A stretch of DNA of 64,000 nucleotides from an uncultured virus (IMG/VR IMGVR_UViG_3300019874_000003). Its lineage: Duplodnaviria; Heunggongvirae; Uroviricota; Caudoviricetes. A program made the position numbers and the translations under genes. Location of the stretch: the IMG/VR virus record IMGVR_UViG_3300019874_000003; one strand, written 5' to 3'. The notes beneath the pieces are model-generated. The model saw nothing but the letters and a program-made list of their open reading frames with translations. It had not been told where the DNA came from and made no database searches. Numbering within the stretch: the stretch's first letter is position 1; each line of letters opens with the position of its first letter. Below are positions 1 through 8,788 of the stretch, one piece after another.

Positions 1-696
1 CTCCGAGAGCTTGGGCAGGAGTGCGAGGTGTGCCGGGAGGTCGATGTCGCGGGTGTAGTCGTCGACCGCGACGTAGTGGCCGGTGCGGCGCATGTTGAAC
101 ACGTGGGTCTCGATGGCGCCACGCTTCATACCGGAAATCCACCGGCGCATCTGGCCAGGCTGGTATTCGTCGTCGAACGGCGGGTGACGGAGCAGGGCAT
201 CACCCAGATCGCTCAGCATCGTGTCCTCGAAGTCGCGTGTCCAGGCGACGCCCCAGAGCTCGCCGCCACCCGCAGAGAGGTCGCTGGTGCCCACGAACCC
301 GTAGGTGCGCGAGAGGGCAAAGATCTCGTGCAGGCAGTGCCACGAGTAGACGACGTCGCCCAGAAGCACGACGGTGCGCAACGCGGAATGGTTTGGGCCG
401 CGGAGCTCGAGGTAGCGGGCTATTCCCTTCAGGGAGGAGTTCCCAGGGTTCTCGAGAGAGACGTGGGTGTCGACGCGCGAGATCGAGCCGAACCCGAATC
501 CACCCGGGATCCCATTCATCAGCTCGTTGCTCGCCACCAGCGTGATGATAGGCATGTTGTGTTGCAACTGGTGGAGCGTGCGCGTCAGGATCGGCATCCC
601 GCCGCACGCTGGCAGCGGAAGCAGCTGCTTGTACCCGTGCGCCATGCCCAGCCGCTTCTGACTCCCCTGGGCGAGGATGATGACCTCGGTGTGCAT
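1..696 (-). CDS. Nucleotidyltransferase (GT-A/NTP transferase fold), runs off the left edge
   Basis: Own translation from ATG 696: MHTEVIILAQGSQKRLGMAHGYKQLLPLP...VVLLGDVVY...DDYTRDID. This matches the IILAxG..RL..K.LLP signature. Not in the ORF track because it is truncated. Confidence 0.7.
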   Translation of the reverse strand, partial: MHTEVIILAQGSQKRLGMAHGYKQLLPLPACGGMPILTRTLHQLQHNMPIITLVASNELMNGIPGGFGFGSISRVDTHVSLENPGNSSLKGIARYLELRGPNHSALRTVVLLGDVVYSWHCLHEIFALSRTYGFVGTSDLSAGGGELWGVAWTRDFEDTMLSDLGDALLRHPPFDDEYQPGQMRRWISGMKRGAIETHVFNMRRTGHYVAVDDYTRDIDLPAHLALLPKLSE

Positions 697-900
697 CAGG
701 CGCGCTCAGCTGTCACGCGAAAACATGACTCTATAACTACCCTGCGCGACAGGGCGGCGTGCTTAATCACCTCCAGCGGGCCCCACGACGACGGGAAGCA
801 GGCGTCTATCCCAGCCTCGCAGATGGCGTTCTCGTCTCTCCACCACATCTTGACCCGCCACACCTGCTCGACTCTGACGATCGAGGTGATTTTATCATGC

Positions 901-1209
901 TCACTCATCCCAGGGCTCCTCTTCGTCGTTGTCGACGTCCGGCAGCGATTCTTCCGCGCATTCCATCGCCCGGGTCGCGCACCCGAGTTGCTCGAGCGCA
1001 ATCTCCACGGCCTCCAGTCGCTTCTTTCCGCTCTTGTCCTCGCCTGGTACCACGAACAGCGCGATGCCTTCGTCGATCGACTCGAGCGCGATCTGCGCAC
1101 AGCTTCGCGCCGCCGCCATGCGGGCCATGACGTAGTCGCGTGCGGTCGCGGCTGCGTCGGTGTCATCGTTGTCCGACGGCTCCGGGGCACGCTTGCGTCT
1201 GGTCGCCAT
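901..1209 (-). CDS. Hypothetical helical protein with acidic tail
   Basis: Natural composition; packed in a minus-strand operon. Confidence 0.5.
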   Translation of the reverse strand: MATRRKRAPEPSDNDDTDAAATARDYVMARMAAARSCAQIALESIDEGIALFVVPGEDKSGKKRLEAVEIALEQLGCATRAMECAEESLPDVDNDEEEPWDE

Positions 1210-1211
1210 GG

Positions 1212-1553
1212 CTACCCCCTCCCCAGCAGCCGGCGCATGGCCTTGGCGCCGATGGTGCGAGCTGGAGATGCGCCACCCCCGCCGTCGGTCCCCTTGGGGC
1301 GGTCGTTCGACGCCTGGACCGCGACCACGAGCACCTGGCGTACGGCTACGACCTTCATGATCTTGCCGCAGCCGATGACGTTTCCGCGGACGTCCTTAGC
1401 GTCGCACTGGACGGTGCTCCCGGTGTCCAGGAGTTGTTGCTCTTGGAGATGACGGAAGTCGTTCGGCTTGCCACAGTGAGGACAGGTGACACGCTCGACC
1501 GGTCCGGTGAGCACCGGCGAGGACTGCTGCCCGGGAAGTTGTCGGTTTGCCAT
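1212..1553 (-). CDS. Zn-ribbon protein
   Basis: CPHCG...C..GCG cysteine pattern. Confidence 0.5.
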   Translation of the reverse strand: MANRQLPGQQSSPVLTGPVERVTCPHCGKPNDFRHLQEQQLLDTGSTVQCDAKDVRGNVIGCGKIMKVVAVRQVLVVAVQASNDRPKGTDGGGGASPARTIGAKAMRRLLGRG

Positions 1554-1559
1554 GGCGCC

Positions 1560-1727
1560 TTACCCCTCCACCAGGCCCAAGCTCTTGTAAAGCTCGAGAC
1601 GAGCCCAGGTTGACGCCGACAACCCCGACTGCTTGGCCTTGCTCTTGACCAGGCGCTCCGCCTGAGCGGAGATCCGGAGATGCAGGGCCTTCGTTAGGTT
1701 CAAGCCGGATCCCTGATGATCCGCCAT
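1560..1727 (-). CDS. Small ribbon-helix-helix-like DNA-binding protein (55 aa)
   Basis: Own translation: MADHQGSGLNLTKALHLRISAQAERLVKSKAKQSGLSASTWARLELYKSLGLVEG. Alternating LHLRI strand, helix, GLSxS turn and second helix. Below the ORF track length cutoff. Confidence 0.6.
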   Translation of the reverse strand: MADHQGSGLNLTKALHLRISAQAERLVKSKAKQSGLSASTWARLELYKSLGLVEG

Positions 1728-1757
1728 TACCTACCACGGTTGCTGGGCTGAATCATT

Positions 1758-2219
1758 GTGGAGCAAAACTACACCGTGGTGTTGAGCGCCGTCAACAAGT
1801 ATAATTCGGCCATGCCCTACATCTCGGAGAAGTACATGCCGTTCTATCTCGAAGGTCGTAGCTTCCACAAGCTACTCAAGCATCACCTCGACACCGACGA
1901 TCTCGTAGACCTCGTTCTCAAGACGAGCGGCAAGGCGCTTCACGTTGTGCTCCGCGAGTCCTGCATGCAGGCCGCTAGCAAGCTAGAGACCGGCAAGGTA
2001 AAGAACGAGTGGATCGCCAATGAGCAGAAGGAGATCAAGGCGGCGGGCGGTGACGCCGACGCGGCATATGAAGCATGGGTGGCCGGCCGGGTCGACGAGC
2101 TCGTGTACGCTACCGAGACCGAAGTGATCGACGCGATGAACGAGCGCGTCGGCGGTTCGTCCGATGATGATGACGAAGATGACGAAGAAGGTGAGGACGA
2201 AGAAGACGGCGAGGAATAG
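1758..2219 (+). CDS. Hypothetical protein with acidic C-terminus
   Basis: Ends in a D/E tract; may start at the internal MPYISEK. Confidence 0.55.
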   Translation: MEQNYTVVLSAVNKYNSAMPYISEKYMPFYLEGRSFHKLLKHHLDTDDLVDLVLKTSGKALHVVLRESCMQAASKLETGKVKNEWIANEQKEIKAAGGDADAAYEAWVAGRVDELVYATETEVIDAMNERVGGSSDDDDEDDEEGEDEEDGEE

Positions 2220-2388
2220 AGGGTCGGCGTGCTGGTCGACCTGATCCAGGCGCTAGAGGACGCGACCAAGCTCATGGCCACGATGAAGCCGAGACCATGC
2301 CCGGTATGCGTTACGTTCGGGCTCACGGAATGCGGCGCACGCCGGCCACGCGGTCCGTTCGCAGCGCTGGTTCGAGCCCAGCGCGAGG

Positions 2389-2934
2389 TCAGCTACGGAC
2401 GATGAGGCTCGGCGACTCGAGCTTCACCTCGCGCTTGACCATGATGACCATGACGTCGGATGCGTCGAAGAACTGCTCCGCCATCATGACGGCGTTTGGG
2501 CCCTGATTCGCGGCCTGGGTGAGCATGCGGAGCCCGCCCTCGGGTGTCGCGGACAGGACGCCCATGAGTTGCACCCCGCTGGCGAACATCACACCGCACT
2601 CGAGGGCGGGTGCCTGATCGGGAATTGGCGTGGGCGCTGCGGCTAGCATGCGACTGATGGTTCTCGCCATCGGCCCCGCGCACGGATGGTTGTCGTCATG
2701 CATCGGACCGACGTACTCATTGGCGAACCAAGGCCCCGGTGAGGGTGCGTGGTTCAGCATGGCCTCGACAACGGCAGCATCGCCAATCCGTTCGATGGCT
2801 CTGCGCATCACGCTGTTCGGATCCGCTCCCATCTTCTTCGCCTGATCCCATGCCCGGCCAGCGGCCGCGTATCCATTGGCAATGGTTTCGATCAATCCGT
2901 TGATGTCCATCACGGTATCGGTCTCGTTGCTCAT
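2389..2934 (-). CDS. Hypothetical protein
   Basis: Start MSNETDT overlaps the stop of the glycosyltransferase. Confidence 0.5.
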   Translation of the reverse strand: MSNETDTVMDINGLIETIANGYAAAGRAWDQAKKMGADPNSVMRRAIERIGDAAVVEAMLNHAPSPGPWFANEYVGPMHDDNHPCAGPMARTISRMLAAAPTPIPDQAPALECGVMFASGVQLMGVLSATPEGGLRMLTQAANQGPNAVMMAEQFFDASDVMVIMVKREVKLESPSLIVRS

Positions 2935-4097
2935 CTCAACGCTCCTTCTAGTAGGTCCCGTACGTACTTTCCAACCACCTCGCGTCCAAAGCGCGCCGCG
3001 GGGTCGTAGTGGATGTCGAGCCTGATCACGTGCTGGGCCCATGCCCTACGCATCAGGAGGCTCAGGGACGCGATATCCGGCTCCATCCAGTCCTCGCGCA
3101 CGGTGAGGCCCTGGCAGCCCCAGTAGCGTGCGGTTGCGCCCTCCGCGGTGATGTTGTCGAGCCGGACCTCGCCGCTTGCGGGTACCACCCTGCTCTCGTA
3201 CAGGTAGGCAGAGGTCCCCCCCAGGAAGTCGTCGCTCCCCTGGCCGCTGGGCGCGATGACGTGCTGTCCGGCCAGCATGGCCTTGAACGCTGGCAGGTTC
3301 CACGCTTCGCCGCGGCTGGCGGTGACGAAACAATCCGTCGAAGCATGCATCGCCCAGATCTCGTCATCGGACACGCGGGCGTTGGAGAACTCTACCGTTG
3401 GCATCTGTTCCAGGGTGAGCCCGGTCGCCACTTGTGCGATCCGGCAGGCATCTGGGGGCGCATCGGAGCAATTAAGTTTCAGAACGACGGCCTCTGATGC
3501 CGTGAATGCGCGCAGGTACGCCCGGATCACGCCCTCGACGTTCTTGCGCATGCTCCACGCGCCAGAGTAGAGGAACGCATACCGCATGTCGCGGCGGCAT
3601 GGAACGACCTTGCCCTCCAACTCGTCGGGATCGTATGCATGCGGGACGACATCAGGGATCCCGCGGATCAGTGACGCCGACGAGCACTCAGAGAACGCGG
3701 CGGCGTTGCTGTTACTCGGCACCCACAGCCGGTCGAACTCCTCGGCCACGCCGAATATGGGACCGGCGTAGCCGACGCCCTCCCAAGTCGTGTATGCGAC
3801 GTAGAGCGGGTCGCGGCCACGGGCCCGCGACCATCCCTCGAGCGACTCCCTGACGTGCTTGAGCACCTTGAGGCAGTCGAGCGGTAGCGTGTGGATGATG
3901 ACGACATCTGGATTCGGCGAGAGGTCGTCGATCGCCCTGACGCACGTTGCCAGTGGCAAGAACCGCTTGTGGAGTTGGGTCCCGTCGGTCTGGATCTCGA
4001 GGTCCATCCCGGCCGATAGCATCGCCATGCATAGCTCATTCGCCGCATCGCCGTATCCCGATGGCACGCCAACGTGCCCGTAGTACCTGACCAGCAT
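2931..4097 (-). CDS. GT-B (family 4-like) glycosyltransferase
   Basis: SGYG N-terminal motif, TTWE, RKNVEGVIRAY, DCFVTASRGEAWNLPAFKAMLAG. Confidence 0.85.
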   Translation of the reverse strand: MLVRYYGHVGVPSGYGDAANELCMAMLSAGMDLEIQTDGTQLHKRFLPLATCVRAIDDLSPNPDVVIIHTLPLDCLKVLKHVRESLEGWSRARGRDPLYVAYTTWEGVGYAGPIFGVAEEFDRLWVPSNSNAAAFSECSSASLIRGIPDVVPHAYDPDELEGKVVPCRRDMRYAFLYSGAWSMRKNVEGVIRAYLRAFTASEAVVLKLNCSDAPPDACRIAQVATGLTLEQMPTVEFSNARVSDDEIWAMHASTDCFVTASRGEAWNLPAFKAMLAGQHVIAPSGQGSDDFLGGTSAYLYESRVVPASGEVRLDNITAEGATARYWGCQGLTVREDWMEPDIASLSLLMRRAWAQHVIRLDIHYDPAARFGREVVGKYVRDLLEGALR

Positions 4098-4120
4098 CTC
4101 AGATCTCCTTGGTGTAATTC

Positions 4121-5113
4121 TCAGTGAAAGCGGACGTAGATCTCCAGCGGACCAGACGTCGCCGGAATGAACGAGGCGGTCGGAATCGATACGGTCATGG
4201 TCGCCAGCGCGACGGTACCGTTCAGCGAGAATGCCCGGCCACCGATGATGGTGGAGCTCTGGGTGAGAGCCACGTTGTTGCGTGCGATCAGCGCGCCTCG
4301 GAAGTCGGCGGAGTTGCCAAGCGTCGCGTCATCGTTGATCACCCAAAACACCCGATTGGAATCACCATCGTTCACAAGGCTGACGGTCCCCGCTGCGGCG
4401 ACGGCTAGGTTGCCGTGGACCTGAAACACGAAGATCACGGTCGGGTCGTGCTGGAAGTCCAGCGTCAGGGTGCCGTTCAGGACGGCGTCGGCATCGAACC
4501 GATAGACCCCACCAGTGAGAACCAGACCTCCGAGATCCTGGCCGGATAGGTTCTGGCTCGGCGTGATTCCACCGAGCATAGCCCAGGCAACCGTCGCATC
4601 GCGGATCGCAGCCTGTGCCGTCGCATCGCCGCTGTGGATGGTGCCGCTGGCGGTACCCGGCGGAAATCCGGTGACCGCGCCCGGCCACGATCCGACACTT
4701 CCGGTGATTCCCGTGTTGCCGGTGTTATTCACCGCGGTGGAGCCCAGGATTCCGAATGGAACCGCGGTCCCCAGGATACTCGAGGCACCGTTCCCGTTGG
4801 CATTGCACAGGGCAATCAGGAAGTCGCGCGGCGTGGCCCCGCTCTTGGATATGCTGATGGGGATCGCGAAGTACACGCCGGCGCAAAGCAGCGTGTTGCA
4901 GGTGACCTGGATTGCGCCAGGGAGGGTGACGTCAGCATATGCCGCCGGCATGAACCGGGCTGGCAGCACGATGTCGGGGACCGCGCCGTGAAATGGGATG
5001 GTCGAGTCGTGGAGGCCGATCGTTCCGACCGCACCGGGCGCGAGCGAGACGCCGCTCACGCGCACGAGACCGTCGGACACTTCTTCTACGAGACCAGTTC
5101 CGTTGAATGCCAT
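4121..5113 (-). CDS. Putative virion protein carrying an inserted DUF3494 (ice-binding-like) domain
   Basis: FGILGSTAVNNTG, LSGQDLGGLVLTGGVYRF, LNGTLTLD, FVFQV, NRVFW, FRGALIA and GRAFS are DUF3494 hallmarks. The flanks are homologous to 62926-63285. Confidence 0.85.
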   Translation of the reverse strand: MAFNGTGLVEEVSDGLVRVSGVSLAPGAVGTIGLHDSTIPFHGAVPDIVLPARFMPAAYADVTLPGAIQVTCNTLLCAGVYFAIPISISKSGATPRDFLIALCNANGNGASSILGTAVPFGILGSTAVNNTGNTGITGSVGSWPGAVTGFPPGTASGTIHSGDATAQAAIRDATVAWAMLGGITPSQNLSGQDLGGLVLTGGVYRFDADAVLNGTLTLDFQHDPTVIFVFQVHGNLAVAAAGTVSLVNDGDSNRVFWVINDDATLGNSADFRGALIARNNVALTQSSTIIGGRAFSLNGTVALATMTVSIPTASFIPATSGPLEIYVRFH

Positions 5114-5125
5114 GGCAGGACTGTC

Positions 5126-5614
5126 TCAGGACTCGAGGATCGCGTGCAAGGCTTCCGTGTCGTCGACAGCGATAACCGTCGACGGTCGACGGCCCGAGTT
5201 CCATGCCGCGCCGAGCCAGGCACGCATCGTCACGGCTGGCGTCACGATGACCTCGTATCCCAAGGCGGTTTCGAGCTGCACGGGATCGCTTGGTCGGTCA
5301 CCAGTGATGAGCACGTTGCGAACCCCTGACGTGTAGAGCGCAGTCGTCCCGGTGATGATCTCGAAGCCGCCGATCTTGAGCGGGGCCTTGATGGAGTGAG
5401 TCCGGCTCCACATGGCCGGATCGCAGCACGCCACGTTAACATACGGGTTCGAGATATGCGTCATGAGCAGGCTGCTGTAGTTCTCCCATCGACCGTGCAT
5501 GCCGCAGGACAGCGACAGTACACGAACCTGAGTGATCTTGAGCATTGTCCTCAGGAACTCAAGCGCGAGCCTGCCGACCGGCGAGTCGTCAGTGGCTGCC
5601 CAGTAGCGAATCAT
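5126..5614 (-). CDS. Possible stand-alone N-terminal half of a GT-B glycosyltransferase
   Basis: MIRYWAATDDSPVGRLALEFLRTML parallels the N-terminus of 2931-4097 (MLVRYYGHVGVPSGYGDAANELCMAML). Similarity is weak. Confidence 0.35.
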   Translation of the reverse strand: MIRYWAATDDSPVGRLALEFLRTMLKITQVRVLSLSCGMHGRWENYSSLLMTHISNPYVNVACCDPAMWSRTHSIKAPLKIGGFEIITGTTALYTSGVRNVLITGDRPSDPVQLETALGYEVIVTPAVTMRAWLGAAWNSGRRPSTVIAVDDTEALHAILES

Positions 5615-5945
5615 CCTGCCACCGGCATCGCGAGCAGAGCGCGGTAGGCATCGAACGGCAGGCCATCGAAGCACCCCTTGGCGCGTTCGCACTCGACCAC
5701 CTGGTGCAGGGCTGCGCGGAGCGCCATGATCTGCTCGGCAGGTTTCACGCCCGCGTCCATGGCGATTCCTTCTCCCCGAAGGATGACGTGTTCGTCATCG
5801 GACATCGCCCACCAGAGCACCTGCATGGCGTCTACGAGTCCCGCCTCGGCTCCTGCCAGCACCCGGACGGTCTCGAGGCTCTGGCGGAGCGAGCGGTACT
5901 GCACCAGCCACAGGGACGGCTCAAGTGATGCGGCCGAGTAGAGGC

Positions 5946-6110
5946 TCATCGCTTCCCAAACAGCAGCCATGCCGCAGCCAGCGCGATCGCCACCTTCACC
6001 GGCAGGGTCAGCGAGTACGAACTATCCGTGGCCTGGTCATCGCCCACGTACATGAGTTGGTTGACCCCGCGGGCGACGGGTTTGTGCTGGATGATATCCA
6101 TGGCGTCCAT
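5946..6110 (-). CDS. Small tail-anchored membrane protein
   Basis: ...YVGDD...VAIALAAAWLLFGKR: C-terminal TM segment plus basic tail. Confidence 0.5.
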   Translation of the reverse strand: MDAMDIIQHKPVARGVNQLMYVGDDQATDSSYSLTLPVKVAIALAAAWLLFGKR

Positions 6111-6111
6111 C

Positions 6112-6645
6112 CTAGTAGACCGGAAGGTACTTGTCGTCGTTGCCGCCGATGGTATCTCCGCAGAGGCACATCCATGCGAGTTCACCGGTCGGCGCGTGGT
6201 ACGCGTCCTCGGCTGTCGTGGAGTTCTTGCACACCCGGTAGTGCCGGAATCCTTCATGCGCCACGATTGGCCACACCCGCGCGACCGGGCGAACCTGTCG
6301 CCACTTGAGGTAAAGTCTGAGACGATCGTCAACAGCAGACGTGCTGCGGCCACACGAGCACTCCCACTCCCAAAAGATCCGCGGGCTGCCCTCGACGTCG
6401 TAGGACCAGTTAAGGTGCCTCACCGGAGCGTGGGATACGCTGTGGCTGCAGTACGCGATCTGGGATGGCGTATGGTAGTTGAGCGGCCACTCGGTAACGG
6501 CCACGCCGTGGCGTTGCCAGAGGCAAGCCATCGCGGCGCGACGGATCGGCGCAGCCAGGAGATCATGGAGTGCGTCACGGATCTGCGCGATCGCCTCAGA
6601 CGACAACTTGTCGAGCTCGCTGCGCATCTCGGATTCGTTGAGCAT
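6112..6645 (-). CDS. Cys-rich hypothetical protein
   Basis: WECSCG and WMCLCG duplicated motifs. Confidence 0.45.
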   Translation of the reverse strand: MLNESEMRSELDKLSSEAIAQIRDALHDLLAAPIRRAAMACLWQRHGVAVTEWPLNYHTPSQIAYCSHSVSHAPVRHLNWSYDVEGSPRIFWEWECSCGRSTSAVDDRLRLYLKWRQVRPVARVWPIVAHEGFRHYRVCKNSTTAEDAYHAPTGELAWMCLCGDTIGGNDDKYLPVY

Positions 6646-6705
6646 TATCCCTCTGGACGTGGTTGCGGAAGTCCCGGCTAACGGCCGGGCTGCGGGGAGT
6701 GGAGG

Positions 6706-7251
6706 TCACATGTTAGGGTATCGACCAGAACGCCAGTGGTTCTTGGCCGATACAGGTTGGTCGATTCCCTCGTCATACGACGGCGGAACGTCACCATGCG
6801 CAGCATAGTCGGCGGCGCGGCATGCCTTCACCGAAGGGGTCGTGTGGTTGTAGACGTGGCCTTGATAGAATGCCGCGCGCTCGCGCTGACGAGCCCCGTC
6901 CAGCAACGCGTCCTCGAGTTGCTGCTTCAACCACGTGATAGTTCCTCGGCGATGACGAGACCACGGGTTCCACTGCAGGAGCTTCAGGCGGGCTGCTCGC
7001 CTATCCTGGATGGCGCGCGCCTCCTGCTCCGCTCTGAACTCCTCCTGATCACGTTCGACAGCATCCAACGTATCGTCGAGCGTCGGCACGGAGAACACCC
7101 CATCGGTCCCGGTGCCACTATCACCGAGGAGTTCCGATCTGAAGCTGCGAATGGGCGCCGGTCGTGGCGTCCGCTTGCGATACCAGAACAGCGCGTTAAG
7201 CACCATCACGACGAGAACGATGAGTACGGTCGCCATAATCAGATCGATCAT
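6706..7251 (-). CDS. N-terminal TM plus coiled-coil protein
   Basis: Hydrophobic residues 2-23 followed by RKR. Confidence 0.55.
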   Translation of the reverse strand: MIDLIMATVLIVLVVMVLNALFWYRKRTPRPAPIRSFRSELLGDSGTGTDGVFSVPTLDDTLDAVERDQEEFRAEQEARAIQDRRAARLKLLQWNPWSRHRRGTITWLKQQLEDALLDGARQRERAAFYQGHVYNHTTPSVKACRAADYAAHGDVPPSYDEGIDQPVSAKNHWRSGRYPNM

Positions 7252-7257
7252 AATCTC

Positions 7258-8304
7258 CTACTGTCGGCCCGTCTCGAGCCAATGCGGGTTGTTCACGTAC
7301 CAGTTCACGGTACTCTCGATGGCCTTGGGGAACTCGAACTCGACCGGTGGCGTCCAGCCGAACTCCTTGATGAGGTCGGATCGCAGCGAGTAGCGCGCGT
7401 CGCGGTGGCGCGGGCGCTCGACAGCCTCCCACATGAGGGTCTTCCCGAGGATCCTGGCGATCGCGTGCGCGAGGTCCAAGTTCGAGATGGCCGGGCCTCC
7501 GCCCACGTGAACCTTGATCGGCAACTCGATATCGATCGAATTGTCCCGCTTCCGGTAGTAGTGGTCACCCTCGAGCATGTACTCGACGGCATGCGCGAAC
7601 GTCCGCGCATGCTGATACGAGTGAGACGCGTTGGCGTGAATTCGTACGGTGTCGCCAGCCAGCACCCCGCGGATCACCGTCGGGATGAACGCAGACGGTC
7701 GCTGGCGCTCGCCGATGAGGTTCGTAGCGTTCACGATCGTGACTGGGCAATGCCCAGACGCCTCGTATCCCATCGCGATTGACTCCGCCGCCGCCATGGA
7801 CGCCGCGTATGGGTTGCTTGGTCGGAACGCACCCCCTTCGCGGCAACCGGCGAGATCAGAGCCGTAGACCGCGGCGGTGGACACCATGAACACTCGCTTG
7901 ACGTAGCCGAACCGGCCGTCGTGCACCGCTGCGAGCAGGTTGTGGGTGCCCAGAACATTCGCCTGGATGAAGCGAAGCGGATCGTTGATGCTCTCGTCGA
8001 TGTCGCCCTCCCCGGCAGCGTGGATGACGTAGTCGACTATGCCGATCTCGCTGATGGCGCCCGCGGACAGCGGATTCGCAAGGTCGACGCCGCCCAGCGT
8101 TCTCACCCGGGCATGCATCGCCTCGCGCGTCAGGCCCGAGCTCGAGGTCACATCGCGAAGCCGGTCGAACCCGCAGGCGTCCGACAGCTTGTCGACCACC
8201 ACGATCTCGGTGTCGCCATCCCCGTCATCGAGGTGAGCACGGAGGAAGTGATCGACCAGGTGGGAGCCGAGGAACCCACAGCCGCCGGTGATCAGGATCC
8301 TCAT
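7258..8304 (-). CDS. NAD-dependent epimerase/dehydratase, dTDP-glucose 4,6-dehydratase-like, with degenerate catalytic residues
   Basis: MRILITGGCGFLGSH, VVDKL, NVLGTHNLL, PSNPYAAS, RPRHRDARYSL, TVNWY. Confidence 0.9.
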   Translation of the reverse strand: MRILITGGCGFLGSHLVDHFLRAHLDDGDGDTEIVVVDKLSDACGFDRLRDVTSSSGLTREAMHARVRTLGGVDLANPLSAGAISEIGIVDYVIHAAGEGDIDESINDPLRFIQANVLGTHNLLAAVHDGRFGYVKRVFMVSTAAVYGSDLAGCREGGAFRPSNPYAASMAAAESIAMGYEASGHCPVTIVNATNLIGERQRPSAFIPTVIRGVLAGDTVRIHANASHSYQHARTFAHAVEYMLEGDHYYRKRDNSIDIELPIKVHVGGGPAISNLDLAHAIARILGKTLMWEAVERPRHRDARYSLRSDLIKEFGWTPPVEFEFPKAIESTVNWYVNNPHWLETGRQ

Positions 8305-8788
8305 ATAGCGACCGCCACCTGGATACATGCCGGATCAATCACTGGATTGCAGCACGACATCGTGCAGCACGAATGGCAGCCGCAGGTGGTGCTGAAATTC
8401 TTTCCCATGGCAAGCTGTCGCTCGTAGGTCACGGCCTCGAGTAGCTGGCCAAGGACGGCCTCCAGCGCCACCAGGGCGCCGTATCGGTCCGCGCCGGTCA
8501 CCGTAGCGCGCAACTCCTGCTGACAGTAGACGTCGGTGGGAACACGGATGGCGTCAAGCCGGACGCGTGCGTGCGTTCGCCAGCGACTCGCCATCGGAGT
8601 CACCTTTTCGTAGCTGGTCTCGACGGTCGGGGTCCTGCCGTTGATCACAGCTGGAGCCGACGCGACCGGCTCGTGCGCGCCCGAGTGACTCAACCGACCA
8701 TCGTTCGTGCTCATCGGAGCACCTTGCCACAGTCCAGCGCCGCGCGATCCCGGGATCGTCAAGCCAGGGATCTACATCATGGAGTCAA

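Noticed and set aside
28..1452. 474-aa plus-strand ORF, and similar long shadow ORFs (e.g. 17688-19370, 40854-42128, 45342-46487, 47284-48441)
   Set aside because: Antisense to genes with clear motifs; their R/V/H-rich composition is typical of high-GC shadow frames.
1700..1730. CTGATGA suggesting a second hammerhead
   Set aside because: No matching GAAA/stem arrangement, and it lies within the small RHH-like gene on the other strand.
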